Shown here piece after piece: positions 22,250 to 31,554 of a DNA stretch of 64,000 nt. The notes under the pieces were generated by a model, which was not told where the DNA came from, ran no database searches, and saw only the letters and a program-made list of their open reading frames with translations. The position numbers were made by a program, and so were the translations under genes. Position 1 is the stretch's first letter. Every line of letters starts with the position of its first letter. Origin of the DNA: Burkholderiales bacterium (GTDB lineage: Bacteria; Pseudomonadota; Gammaproteobacteria; Burkholderiales; Burkholderiaceae_C); NCBI GenBank assembly GCA_038205425.1, contig JBBRBW010000004.1, forward strand, positions 18,681-82,680. Reading direction: 5' to 3'.

Positions 22250-22409
22250 GGTGGCTGGCCTCCGGAATCGGTGTCTGGGTCTGCGCCGCCTGGCATCGAG
22301 CGGGATCTTCAGGGACCGGCGAAGGTCCCCCCATCATGTGCCTTGCCCGCGGCCGCCTGTCGATGAATTTGGCGCTCCGCCGACCGAACGCAGTGCGTGA
22401 ACCGGCGGC

Positions 22410-23267
22410 TCAGGCCGTCCAGTTCACCAGGCCGCTGTAGGCGGTGGCGAGCACAACGAGGCCGAAGACGATGCGGTACCAGGCAAAGACCTTGAAGTCG
22501 TGCGTCGAGACATAGCGGATGAGCCAGCGGATGCACAGCAGCGCGGCGAAGAAGGAGACCACGAGGCCCACCGCGAACATCGGCACGTCGTGCAGGTGCA
22601 GCGCGGCGCGTTCCTTCCACACCGAGTAGGCGCCGGCGGCCATCAGCGTGGGGATGCCGAGGTAGAAGCTGAACTCGGTGGCGCACTTGCGCGAAAAGCC
22701 GAGCGTCATGGCGCCGATGATGGTCGCACCCGAACGGCTGGTGCCCGGGATCAGCGCCAGGCATTGCAGCAGGCCGACCTTCAGCGCGTCGAGCATGCCC
22801 ATGTCGTCCACCGTCTCGACCCGCGCGCGGCGCGTGCCCTCGAGGTCGCGTTCACCGTACTTGCGGTGGTGCCAGCGCTCGACGATCAGGATCACGATGC
22901 CGCCGACGATGAAGGCCAGCGCCACCGGCACCGGCTTGAAGAGGTGGGCCTTGACCATCTTGCCGAACAGCAGGCCAAAAAACGCGGCGGGAAGGAAGGC
23001 CACGAAGACGTTGCGCGCGAAGCGCTGCGCCACCGGGTCGGCGCCGAGGCCCTGCACCGTGGCCAGCAGGCGCACGCGGTACTGCCAGACCACCGCGAAC
23101 ATGGCGCCGGTCTGGATCGCGACGTCGAAGACCTTGGCCGTCTCGCCCGTGAAACCAAGCAGCGAACCCGCCAGGATGAGGTGGCCGGTGGACGAAATGG
23201 GCAGGAACTCGGTGAGCCCCTCCACCACACCCATCAGGGCGGCCTTGATCAGCAGTATCGGGTCCAC
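22410..23267 (-). CDS. uppP: Undecaprenyl-diphosphate phosphatase (BacA)
   Basis: [18 protein letters not shown] and [10 protein letters not shown] motifs. Confidence 0.96.
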   Translation of the reverse strand: MDPILLIKAALMGVVEGLTEFLPISSTGHLILAGSLLGFTGETAKVFDVAIQTGAMFAVVWQYRVRLLATVQGLGADPVAQRFARNVFVAFLPAAFFGLLFGKMVKAHLFKPVPVALAFIVGGIVILIVERWHHRKYGERDLEGTRRARVETVDDMGMLDALKVGLLQCLALIPGTSRSGATIIGAMTLGFSRKCATEFSFYLGIPTLMAAGAYSVWKERAALHLHDVPMFAVGLVVSFFAALLCIRWLIRYVSTHDFKVFAWYRIVFGLVVLATAYSGLVNWTA

Positions 23268-23372
23268 GTGCGGGGGCTCCAGCAGGGGCGGTGTCGGCGG
23301 GCGGCTGCCTGAGTGGCAGGAAAGGCGGCAGGAAGGCGGCGGATGATAGCCAGCGCAAGGGCCGGCGCGGTC

Positions 23373-23957
23373 TCAGCGCGGCGCGGCGCCCGCCTCGGAC
23401 ACGGGTACGGGCACGAAGCGGATCTCCAAGCCCTGCCAGGTGACGTTCACGCTGGCCGGCTTGTAGCCCTTCTCGCGCAGCTGTGCCGCGCGCTGGGCCG
23501 GCAGGCGGTAGATGGCGCTGTCTTCCAGCACCCGCTCGGCCAGCGCGGCGCCCAGGCGCTCGACCGTGTTGCGGTTGAAAGCGCCCGGGTCGACCAGCGC
23601 CAGGTCCCGCACCCGCACCTGCGACAGGCGCACCGTCTGGTCGGCAGGCTCCCAGCGCAGCGCAGCGTCGAAGTCGATCTGGCCCTGCCAGCCGAGCGCA
23701 AACAGCCGGTTGCGCGCGCGCACGCCGACGATCGCGGCGAGGCGGTTCGCTTCGGGCTGCAGGCGCACACGCGGTGCGTCGACCGAGACATCGAAGATGT
23801 CCAGCAGCGTGCGGTCGATGGGAAAGTTGCGCTCCATCAGGCGCCCGATCTCGGCCTCGCTCAGCGTCACCGTCGGCGGGCCGAGCAGGCCGGCGCAGCC
23901 GCCCAGCGCCAGCAGGGCCAGGACGCTGGTGACGCGGAGCAGGCGGCGGCGTTGCAT
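23373..23957 (-). CDS. DUF1439-like lipoprotein
   Basis: Lipobox LGGC; LSEAEI..ERNFP, LRWEP, LLEDxxIYRL-like pattern. Confidence 0.7.
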   Translation of the reverse strand: MQRRRLLRVTSVLALLALGGCAGLLGPPTVTLSEAEIGRLMERNFPIDRTLLDIFDVSVDAPRVRLQPEANRLAAIVGVRARNRLFALGWQGQIDFDAALRWEPADQTVRLSQVRVRDLALVDPGAFNRNTVERLGAALAERVLEDSAIYRLPAQRAAQLREKGYKPASVNVTWQGLEIRFVPVPVSEAGAAPR

Positions 23958-23996
23958 TCGTCCATTCTAGGAGCCAGCCTCGGGCCTGCCGCCGGC

Positions 23997-24043
23997 TTGA
24001 CCCGGCGGCGGGCTTCACGGTACATTACTGACCAGTCAGTCAT
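23997..24043 (+). promoter_or_regulatory. TetR gene promoter and palindromic operator
   Basis: TTGACC-18nt-TACATT followed by ACTGAC-CA-GTCAGT (24027-24040). Confidence 0.7.
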
Positions 24044-24047
24044 TAAC

Positions 24048-24722
24048 ATGAAAACTGCGCATCCAATCGCCGAGCCGCACGAGCCACCCACCCGCCAGCG
24101 CCGCAAGGAAGCGCGGCCGCAGGAGTTGCTGGACGCCGCGCTGGCGCTCTTCGTCGACAAGGGTTACGCCGCCACGCGCGCCGAGGAAGTGGCGCAGCGC
24201 GCCGGTGTCTCGAAGGGCACGCTCTACCTCTACTACCCGAGCAAGGAAGAGCTGTTCAAGGCCGTCGTGCGCAGCAACCTGGGCGCGCTGATCGCCGAGG
24301 GCATCGAGCTCGTCGAACAGTTCGAGGGCAGCAGCGCCGAACTGCTGCGCGAGCTGATGCACAGCTGGTGGAACCGCTTCGGCAACACGCCGGCCGCCGG
24401 CATCCACAAGGTGGTGATCGCCGAGGTGCGCAACTTCCCCGAGCTGGCGCAGTTCTACAGCGACGAAGTCATCGTGCCGGCCGACCGCCTGTTCGGCAAC
24501 TGCATCCAGCGCGGCATCACACGCGGCGAGTTCCGCGCCATGCCGCTGCACGAGGCCGCGCACACGCTGATGGCGCCGCTGCTCTTCATGGTGCTGTGCC
24601 GCCACTCCTTCGGCTGCTGCGCCATCGAGGGCCGCGTCGACGTCGACCCCACGACCATGCTCGACACCCACCTCGACCTCGTGCTGCGCGGTCTGGAGGT
24701 GCGCGAGCCCGGCTGCGCGTGA
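24048..24722 (+). CDS. TetR/AcrR-family transcriptional regulator
   Basis: RPQELLDAALALFVDKGY..VAQRAGVSKGTLYLYYPSKEELF. Confidence 0.92.
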   Translation: MKTAHPIAEPHEPPTRQRRKEARPQELLDAALALFVDKGYAATRAEEVAQRAGVSKGTLYLYYPSKEELFKAVVRSNLGALIAEGIELVEQFEGSSAELLRELMHSWWNRFGNTPAAGIHKVVIAEVRNFPELAQFYSDEVIVPADRLFGNCIQRGITRGEFRAMPLHEAAHTLMAPLLFMVLCRHSFGCCAIEGRVDVDPTTMLDTHLDLVLRGLEVREPGCA

Positions 24723-24821
24723 TGAAACGCCGCCGCCGCACCCGGCCCGCCGCCGCGCAAGCCCGTGCAAGGGTGGCGACCTAAAATTCCCCCACTTCCC
24801 CCGACCCGCCCGCGTACCGAC

Positions 24822-25484
24822 ATGGACACCGAACTCGCCCGCTTCAACATGATCGAGCAGCAGATCCGCCCCTGGGAGGTGCTCGACCAGGCCGTGCTCT
24901 CGCTGCTGGCCACCGTACGGCGCGAGGACTTTGTGCCGCCGGCGATGCGCGCGCTGGCCTTCGTCGACATCCCCGTGCCGCTGGGCGACGGCCAAAGCAT
25001 GCTCGAGCCCAAGGTCGAAGCGCGGCTGCTGCAGGAACTGCAGGTGCAGCGCCACGAAAAGGTGCTGGAGATCGGCACCGGCAGCGGCTTCATGGCCGCG
25101 TTGCTGGCGCACCGCGCGATGCGCGTGCTGACGCTGGAATGCCGGCCGGCGCTGGCCCAGGCCGCGCGCGCGCACCTCGGCGCCAGCGGCATCGTCAACG
25201 CCACTGTCATCGACGTCAGCGCCGTCGACGGCGCGCGCGGCCTGCCGGGCGAAGCGCCCTTCGACGTCATCGTGCTCTCGGGCTCGGTGCCCGAGGTGCC
25301 GCAGGCGCTGCTGCAGCAGCTGAAGGTCGGCGGCCGGCTGGCGGCCGTGGTGGGCGACGAACCGGTGATGCGGGCGCGCCTCTATACACGCGCCGGTGAG
25401 GCGGCCTGGTCCGAGACCGACCTCTTCGACACCGTAGCGCCGCGGCTCGAAGGTTTTGCCGAGCCGACACGTTTCCACTTCTGA
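24822..25484 (+). CDS. pcm: Protein-L-isoaspartate O-methyltransferase family protein
   Basis: ARFNMIEQQIRPW, VLEIGTGSGF, PFDVIV, QLKVGGRL. Confidence 0.88.
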   Translation: MDTELARFNMIEQQIRPWEVLDQAVLSLLATVRREDFVPPAMRALAFVDIPVPLGDGQSMLEPKVEARLLQELQVQRHEKVLEIGTGSGFMAALLAHRAMRVLTLECRPALAQAARAHLGASGIVNATVIDVSAVDGARGLPGEAPFDVIVLSGSVPEVPQALLQQLKVGGRLAAVVGDEPVMRARLYTRAGEAAWSETDLFDTVAPRLEGFAEPTRFHF

Positions 25485-25730
25485 AGGCCGACACCGTGCC
25501 CAGCCGCCCCCCTTTCATCGCCTGCACCGCCGGCCCCGTCCACACGCCGCGCCCGGCCCGCGCCGTTCGTCGCCTCTACGCTGGCGCCTGGCGCCTGCGG
25601 GCTGCAGGTCGTCGCATGGAGGCCGCTGCGGCCACCCTGCCCCCGCTATAACCTCGCCGGCCTGCACGCCGCCGCGCGGGCTCGACCCGGCCGGTGGCCG
25701 CGGCCACCGAACACTCCCCAAGGAAGCTGC

Positions 25731-27062
25731 ATGCGTTCGAACTTTTTCCCCCGGCCCTCGGCCCTGGCCGCTGCGCTGCTGCTGGCCCTGCCGGCCCTTG
25801 CCTGGTCGCAGAGCCTGCAGGAGCTCTACGACGCCGCACGCGTTTTCGACGCCACCTACCTGGCGGCCAAGGCCAACGCCGCCTCGGTGGAATACCGCGC
25901 CGCGCAGAGCGAGGCACTGATGCGGCCGTCGCTGGCCGCCACCGCTGGCGCCAGCACGACACAGACCGACCCGCCGAACATCGGCGCCAAGGGCACGAAC
26001 ACGGTGTCGGGCGCGCTCAACGGCCGCTACCCGCTGTTCAACCGCGCCAACGGCGCCACCATCGAACAGGCGCGCAAGTCGCTGATCACGGCGCAGGCCG
26101 ATCTCGAGACCGCCGAGCAGGACCTCATCTTGCGTGTGGCGCAGGCCTACTTCGACGTGCTGGCCGCGCAGGACACGCTGGCCACCACGCGCGCCAACAA
26201 GGCCGCGACGTCGGAGCAGCTGGCCTCGGCCAAGCGGAACTTCGAGGTCGGCACCGCCACCATCACCGACACGCGAGAAGCGCAGGCCCGTTTCGACCTC
26301 GGCACCTTCCAGGAACTGGCCGCCGAGAACGACCTGCGCACCAAGCGCCTGGCGCTGGACACGGTGGTCGGCCGCAACGCCGTCGAGCCCAAGCCGCTGC
26401 TGGTACCGGTCGTGCTGCCTTCGCCGGTGCCGGCCAACCCCGAGGAGTGGGTGACGCTGGCCGACCAGGGCCACCCGGCCGTGCGTCGTGCGCGCATCGG
26501 CCTGGAAGTGGCGCAGCTGGAAACCACCAAGGCGCGGGCGGGCGACAGCCCCACCGTCGACGCCGTGGGCTCGCTCTCGGCCAGCGACAGCCGCGGCAGC
26601 CTGCCCAACCTCAACCGCAGCGCCGGCACCAGCACGGTGGCCAGCCTGGGCGTGCAGATGAACTGGCCGCTCTACAGCGGCGGTGCAACGCAGAACCGCA
26701 TCAAGGAAACGCTGCTGCTCGAAGAGAAGTCACGCAACGACCTCGAGGCCGCGCGCCGCGCCGTCGTGCAAGGCACACGTGCCACCTACTTCGGCGTGCA
26801 GTCGGGGCTGTCGCAGGTGAAGGCGCTGGAAGCTGCCGAATCGTCGAGCCAGCTCGCACTCGAAGCCACGCAGCTGGGCTACAAGGTCGGCGTGCGCGTC
26901 AACCTCGACGTGCTGAACGCGCAGCTGCAGCTCTTCCAGACGCGGCGCGACCTGGCCAAGGCACGTTACGACGTGCTGGTGGGCAGCCTGAGGCTGCGCC
27001 AGGCCTCGGGCCAGCTGACGCCGGCCGACATCGACGCCATCAACCGCCTGCTGGCGAAGTAG
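25731..27062 (+). CDS. tolC: TolC-family outer membrane channel
   Basis: Signal peptide, VAQAYFDVL, NFEVGTATITD, GYKVGVR..LDVLNAQ. Confidence 0.92.
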   Translation: MRSNFFPRPSALAAALLLALPALAWSQSLQELYDAARVFDATYLAAKANAASVEYRAAQSEALMRPSLAATAGASTTQTDPPNIGAKGTNTVSGALNGRYPLFNRANGATIEQARKSLITAQADLETAEQDLILRVAQAYFDVLAAQDTLATTRANKAATSEQLASAKRNFEVGTATITDTREAQARFDLGTFQELAAENDLRTKRLALDTVVGRNAVEPKPLLVPVVLPSPVPANPEEWVTLADQGHPAVRRARIGLEVAQLETTKARAGDSPTVDAVGSLSASDSRGSLPNLNRSAGTSTVASLGVQMNWPLYSGGATQNRIKETLLLEEKSRNDLEAARRAVVQGTRATYFGVQSGLSQVKALEAAESSSQLALEATQLGYKVGVRVNLDVLNAQLQLFQTRRDLAKARYDVLVGSLRLRQASGQLTPADIDAINRLLAK

Positions 27063-27073
27063 CCGCCCGCCGA

Positions 27074-27889
27074 TCAGAACGCGTAGGTCACCGCCGCCAC
27101 CAGGCTCACGCTGCTGGCCTCACGCGTCAGCGGGCTGGCCTTGGCGTCGCCCAGCAGCCGGCCGGCAGAGAGTGCGGCGAACACGCCCACTCTCTGGCTG
27201 AAGCCATGCGCCAGCGACACGTTCAAGCGCAGGTCGCGCAAACCCGCCCCGGGCGTGTAGGTCGGGTAGCCGCTGTTGATGGCCTGCCTGGCCGTCACGC
27301 CGAAGTACGACTGTTGGTAGTTGGCATCGGCATAGGTGGTGGCCGCGCCCAGCCCCAAGCGCCAACGCGGGGCGATTTCGGTCGAGTAGACCGCGCCCAG
27401 GTCCAGCAGCAGGCCGTTGCGGTCGACGCCCGCGCCGTAGCGCAGCGACGAGGTCAACACCATCTCGCGGTTGAGCGAGAAGTTCAGGAAGCCGCCGACT
27501 TCGGCGGCGGCGTTGACATTGCCCATGCCCTGGAGGAACCGCGAACGGCTTTCGCTGCGGCCCAGGTCGGCCGTCAGCCGCAGGCCGTACGGCATGAACG
27601 GCTGGCTTGAAAAGTTGTAGCCCACGCCGTTGGCGGTGCCGGCAAACCAGCCGTTGCTCCAGACGTAGTCCAGCCCGGGCAGCAGCATGGTGCGGCGTTC
27701 GTCAGAGCCGGCGTACTTGCGGCCGTTGATCAGGGCCAGGCCGACGTTGCCGCCGTCTCTGGCCGGCGCGGCGCCGTACAGGCGCACCGCGTCGAAGGCC
27801 TGGGCGTAGGCGCTGGGTGAGATCGCGAGGCCGGCCACGGTGGTGATGGCAGCGATGGCTGCGCGGCTCAGGGGGACGGCGTGGGTCAT
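27074..27889 (-). CDS. MipA/OmpV-family outer membrane protein
   Basis: Signal peptide, YAGSD, YQQSYFGVT, KASPLT, terminal YAF. Confidence 0.82.
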   Translation of the reverse strand: MTHAVPLSRAAIAAITTVAGLAISPSAYAQAFDAVRLYGAAPARDGGNVGLALINGRKYAGSDERRTMLLPGLDYVWSNGWFAGTANGVGYNFSSQPFMPYGLRLTADLGRSESRSRFLQGMGNVNAAAEVGGFLNFSLNREMVLTSSLRYGAGVDRNGLLLDLGAVYSTEIAPRWRLGLGAATTYADANYQQSYFGVTARQAINSGYPTYTPGAGLRDLRLNVSLAHGFSQRVGVFAALSAGRLLGDAKASPLTREASSVSLVAAVTYAF

Positions 27890-28098
27890 GTCGGTGGTCA
27901 ACGTTGGGTCGGGGCGATGAGGTTAATCGCCCGCGCCGCGACCGGCCTCGAACGGCCAAGCCCATCCCCACCGCGCGGCGGTCCATCTCGGCCGGCGCGG
28001 TGGCACGGCTGCGGCGCCGTGCCCCCGCGCGAAACCTATCTTCACCGGGCAGCCACGCCCGGTGACAGGGCCTGCGCCACACTGCGTGCCATGGAGAC

Positions 28099-29598
28099 AT
28101 GGCCATGACGCAGAACACGCTTCGCGCCGCCCTCGCCGCGCACCGCTTCGGTCTGGGCGCGCCCGATCTGGCCGGGCCGGGCGCTGACGCCACCGGCTGG
28201 CTGCTGGCCCAACTGGGGCCGGCCGAGCCGCAACGCGGCAGCGGCCTGGCCAGCGGCGTCGAGGGGCTCAAGCGTTACACGGAATTCCTGGCACGCCAGC
28301 GCGAGCCCCGGACGGTCGCCCTGCAAGCCACGATGGCCGGCGGCGAGGCGTCTGCCGCAATGGCCTCTGGCGCCGGATCCGCCGCACCGCCGCCGCAACT
28401 GATTCCCTACGAGCCGTTGCGCCGTGTGGTGCAGGCCGACGTGCGTGCGCGCCTGAGCACGGCCACGCTGAGCACGCAGCCCTTCAACGAACGCCTGGCG
28501 CTGTTCTGGGCCAACCACTTTACCGTCTCGCTGGCCAAGAACAGCACACGCGGCATCGTCGGCGCCCACGAGCGCGAAGCCATCCGCCCACACATCGGCG
28601 GCGCGTTCGAAACGCTGCTGCACGCCGCAGTCACCCACGCCGGCATGCTGCGCTACCTGGACAACGACAACTCGGCCGGCGCCGACTCGGTGATCGTGCG
28701 CCGCCTGGCGCGGCGGCCGCGCGACGCGGCGCAGCCCGGGCCGCGCATCAGCGGCCTGAACGAAAACCTGGCGCGCGAAATCCTCGAACTGCACACCCTG
28801 GGCGTCAACGACAGCGGCGCGGCCTACGGCGGCTGGGGCGGCTACACGCAGGCCGACGTGACGGCCTTTGCGAGCGTGCTGACCGGCTGGCGGGTGCCGT
28901 TGCGCGAGATCGCCGCGGCGCCCGAAGGCACGGCCGGTTCGGGCAGCCGTTTCGAAGCGGCATGGCACCAGCCCGGCCCCAAGACCGTGCTGGGCAAAAG
29001 CTACCCCGAGGGCCCCGACGCGCTGCGCGCGGTGCTGCACGACCTGGTGATGCACCCTTCGACGGCGCGTTTCGTTTGCGCCAAGCTGGCCCGCCATTTC
29101 GTGGCCGACGAGCCGCCGCCGGCCCTGGTGGCGCGGCTGGAAGCCGCCTGGCGACGCAGTGGCGGCGAGCTGCCGCAGGTCTACCGCGCACTCGTCGAGG
29201 CGCCCGAGGCCTGGGCTCCGCAAGCCGTCAAGCTGAAGACACCCGAGGAATTCGTCGTCAGCAGCGCGCGCCTGCTGCGCCTGGGCGAGACCGCCTACGC
29301 ACGCGTGCCCGACGGCGGCATCGGGGCGCTCGGCCAGCGTGTGCAGGCCGCGCCTTCGCCGGCCGGCTGGCCCGACCGCGCCGAGGAATGGCTGGGCCCC
29401 GACGCGGTGTGGAAGCGGGTGGAATGGGCCACGCGTGTAGCCGGGCGCATGGGCCGCCAGGTCGACGCCCGCGCGCTGGCGCAGGCCAGCCTGGGCCCGC
29501 TGCTGCACGACGACACGGCGCGCCAGATCGAGCGTGCCGCCGACGGCCCTCAAGCGCTGGCCCTGCTGCTGCTGTCGCCCGAGTTCCAGCGCCGTTGA
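28099..29598 (+). CDS. DUF1800 family protein
   Basis: ERLALFWANHF, MLRYLDN, NENLAREILELHTLG, YTQADV, terminal SPEFQRR. Confidence 0.88.
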   Translation: MAMTQNTLRAALAAHRFGLGAPDLAGPGADATGWLLAQLGPAEPQRGSGLASGVEGLKRYTEFLARQREPRTVALQATMAGGEASAAMASGAGSAAPPPQLIPYEPLRRVVQADVRARLSTATLSTQPFNERLALFWANHFTVSLAKNSTRGIVGAHEREAIRPHIGGAFETLLHAAVTHAGMLRYLDNDNSAGADSVIVRRLARRPRDAAQPGPRISGLNENLAREILELHTLGVNDSGAAYGGWGGYTQADVTAFASVLTGWRVPLREIAAAPEGTAGSGSRFEAAWHQPGPKTVLGKSYPEGPDALRAVLHDLVMHPSTARFVCAKLARHFVADEPPPALVARLEAAWRRSGGELPQVYRALVEAPEAWAPQAVKLKTPEEFVVSSARLLRLGETAYARVPDGGIGALGQRVQAAPSPAGWPDRAEEWLGPDAVWKRVEWATRVAGRMGRQVDARALAQASLGPLLHDDTARQIERAADGPQALALLLLSPEFQRR

Positions 29599-29629
29599 AC
29601 CGCCGACCCGAAGACCCGAGGAAGCCGCC

Positions 29630-30862
29630 ATGAACTCCCGTCGCCAACTGCTGCGCAAGGCCCTGGCCGGTGCGCTCGCCGGCACCCTCAGCCCCTGGGC
29701 GCAACTGAGCGTGGCGGCCACGCCGGCCGGCGGCGCCGCTGCGGCGCGGCGCTTCGTCTTTGTCATCCTGCGCGGCGGCATGGACGGCCTGAACGCCGTG
29801 CCCGCCGGTGGCGACCCGGCCTTTGCCGAGGCCCGCGGGCCGCTCGCCAGCTTTCCTGGCGAGATGCTGAAGCTCGAGGGGCCCTTCGCGCTGCACCCGC
29901 TGCTGCCGCAGATGCATGCGATGTACGGCCAGGGCGAACTGGCCGTGGTGCACGCCACCGGCCTGCCCTACAAGGAACGCAGCCACTTCGATGCCCAGCA
30001 GGTGCTGGAAAGCGGCGGCAGCCGCCCGCACGAGCTGGCCACCGGCTGGCTGGGCCGTGCGCTGCCCGGTGCGAAGCTGCGCGCAGTGGCCCTGGAAACC
30101 GCGGTGCCGCTGGTGCTGCGCGGCGCCGACGAAGTCGACACCTGGGCGCCCAGCGTGTTGCCCGAGCCTTCGATGGACCTCGTCACGCGGCTCGAATCGA
30201 TGTACCGCGCCGACCCCGCGCTGGCGCAGGCCCTGGCGCGTGCACGCGGCCTGCGCGACGAACCCGGCATGGCCGCCAACCCGATGGTGATGGGTGCAGG
30301 CGGGGGCGCGGGCGGGGCTGCAGGCAGCGCCCCCGCAAACCCGGGCCGCGCCGCCGCCGTGACCCTGGCGCGCAAGGCGGCCGAGTTCCTGCAACGCGGG
30401 GCGCAGGTGGCTGTGCTGGAACTCGGTGGCTGGGACTCGCACGCCAATCAGGCCAACCCCAACGGCGCCACGTCGAACAACCTGCGCACGCTCGACGCCA
30501 CGCTGGCCGCGCTGCGCGAAGGCCTGCAAGAAGGCGGCACCTGGGGCCGCAGTGCAGTGCTGGTGGCCACCGAATTCGGCCGCGAGGTGGCCGGCAACGG
30601 CACCGGCGGCACCGACCACGGCAGCGGCGGCGCGGCCTTCGTGCTGGGCGGCGCGGTGCGCGGCGGGCGTGTGCTGGCCGACTGGCCGGGTTTGGCGAAG
30701 AAGGACCGCTTCGAAGGCCGCGACCTGCGCATCACCACCGACCTGCGCGCGGTGATGCGCAACCTGCTCGGCGAACACCTGCAGGTCTCGCGCGCGGCGC
30801 TCGACACCCACGTGCTGCCGGGCAGCGCCGGCCTGCCGCGGCTGGACCTGCTGCGCGGCTGA
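29630..30862 (+). CDS. DUF1501 family protein with Tat signal
   Basis: SRRQLL leader, LRGGMDGLN, RSHFDAQ, GGWDSH, TEFGR, GTDHG. Confidence 0.88.
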   Translation: MNSRRQLLRKALAGALAGTLSPWAQLSVAATPAGGAAAARRFVFVILRGGMDGLNAVPAGGDPAFAEARGPLASFPGEMLKLEGPFALHPLLPQMHAMYGQGELAVVHATGLPYKERSHFDAQQVLESGGSRPHELATGWLGRALPGAKLRAVALETAVPLVLRGADEVDTWAPSVLPEPSMDLVTRLESMYRADPALAQALARARGLRDEPGMAANPMVMGAGGGAGGAAGSAPANPGRAAAVTLARKAAEFLQRGAQVAVLELGGWDSHANQANPNGATSNNLRTLDATLAALREGLQEGGTWGRSAVLVATEFGREVAGNGTGGTDHGSGGAAFVLGGAVRGGRVLADWPGLAKKDRFEGRDLRITTDLRAVMRNLLGEHLQVSRAALDTHVLPGSAGLPRLDLLRG

Positions 30863-30949
30863 ACATCGCCGCCGCGCGGGCGCTGGGCCCGCACCGCTCC
30901 AGCCCGAGCCCGGACGACGGCCGCCAGAGCCTGACGCGGCGTTTGTCGA

Positions 30950-31229
30950 TCCCCTGTCCGGCGATGTCGGCCGGCAAGTCGCCGTCGTCGAGGCTCACTC
31001 CCGGCATCGCCGAGACGGCCACCAGACACACTGCGCTGGCGCCACCGTTGCTGCCGCTGACGGTGACCAAAAACCACGCGCCACCGGCGGCCAGGCTGGC
31101 GGCGGCCACCATGTAGCTGCTGCCGGTGGCACAGGCCAGAGCGACGCAGTTGCTGGCCTCCAGGGCCACCAGTGCCACCAGGGTGAGCCACGCCACCAAA
31201 GGCGCACCGTCCCGACGTCATTTGCTCAT
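30950..31229 (-). pseudogene. Decayed small secreted or pilin-like gene
   Basis: AAGGAG SD, ATG 31229, TGA at codon 4; in-frame continuation is a hydrophobic helix plus a Cys/Gly/Ser-rich region; 3' end approximate. Confidence 0.3.
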
Positions 31230-31554
31230 GATCTGACTCCTTGCCGACGCGAAAGCAGCGCAGCAGCGCCGCCAGCCGCGCTCCAGCCACTGCGGCGGGG
31301 ATGGGCCGCGGTCGAAGCGGCCGCGCAGGAAGCAGTTCGGCAGCGTCATTACCGGCGGCGAACCGCCACCGTCCTGCGCGCGGACGGAAGTTGCAACGGC
31401 GTGATGCTGCAACGTGCGGGCGGTGCCGACGGTCCGCCGCACCGTGAACGGCGGCGGCAGCGGGCGGTGCAAGGCCTGCTGGGTCGAAGGCGCGCCGCCG
31501 TTGCGTGAGGTCAACGCACGGCATGCCGGCCGCGGCCGCAGCCGCAGCCGCGGC

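Noticed and set aside
22310-22332. Hairpin upstream of cbpA as an RNA thermometer
   Set aside because: It does not cover the SD (GGAGG near 22263-22259) and has no ROSE or fourU signature.
25485-25730. Rhodanese pseudogene between pcm and tolC
   Set aside because: No convincing residual motif; similarity too weak to call.
31240-31540. Riboswitch (e.g. c-di-GMP) in the long spacer downstream of waaA
   Set aside because: No recognisable aptamer consensus by eye; an Infernal scan would be needed.
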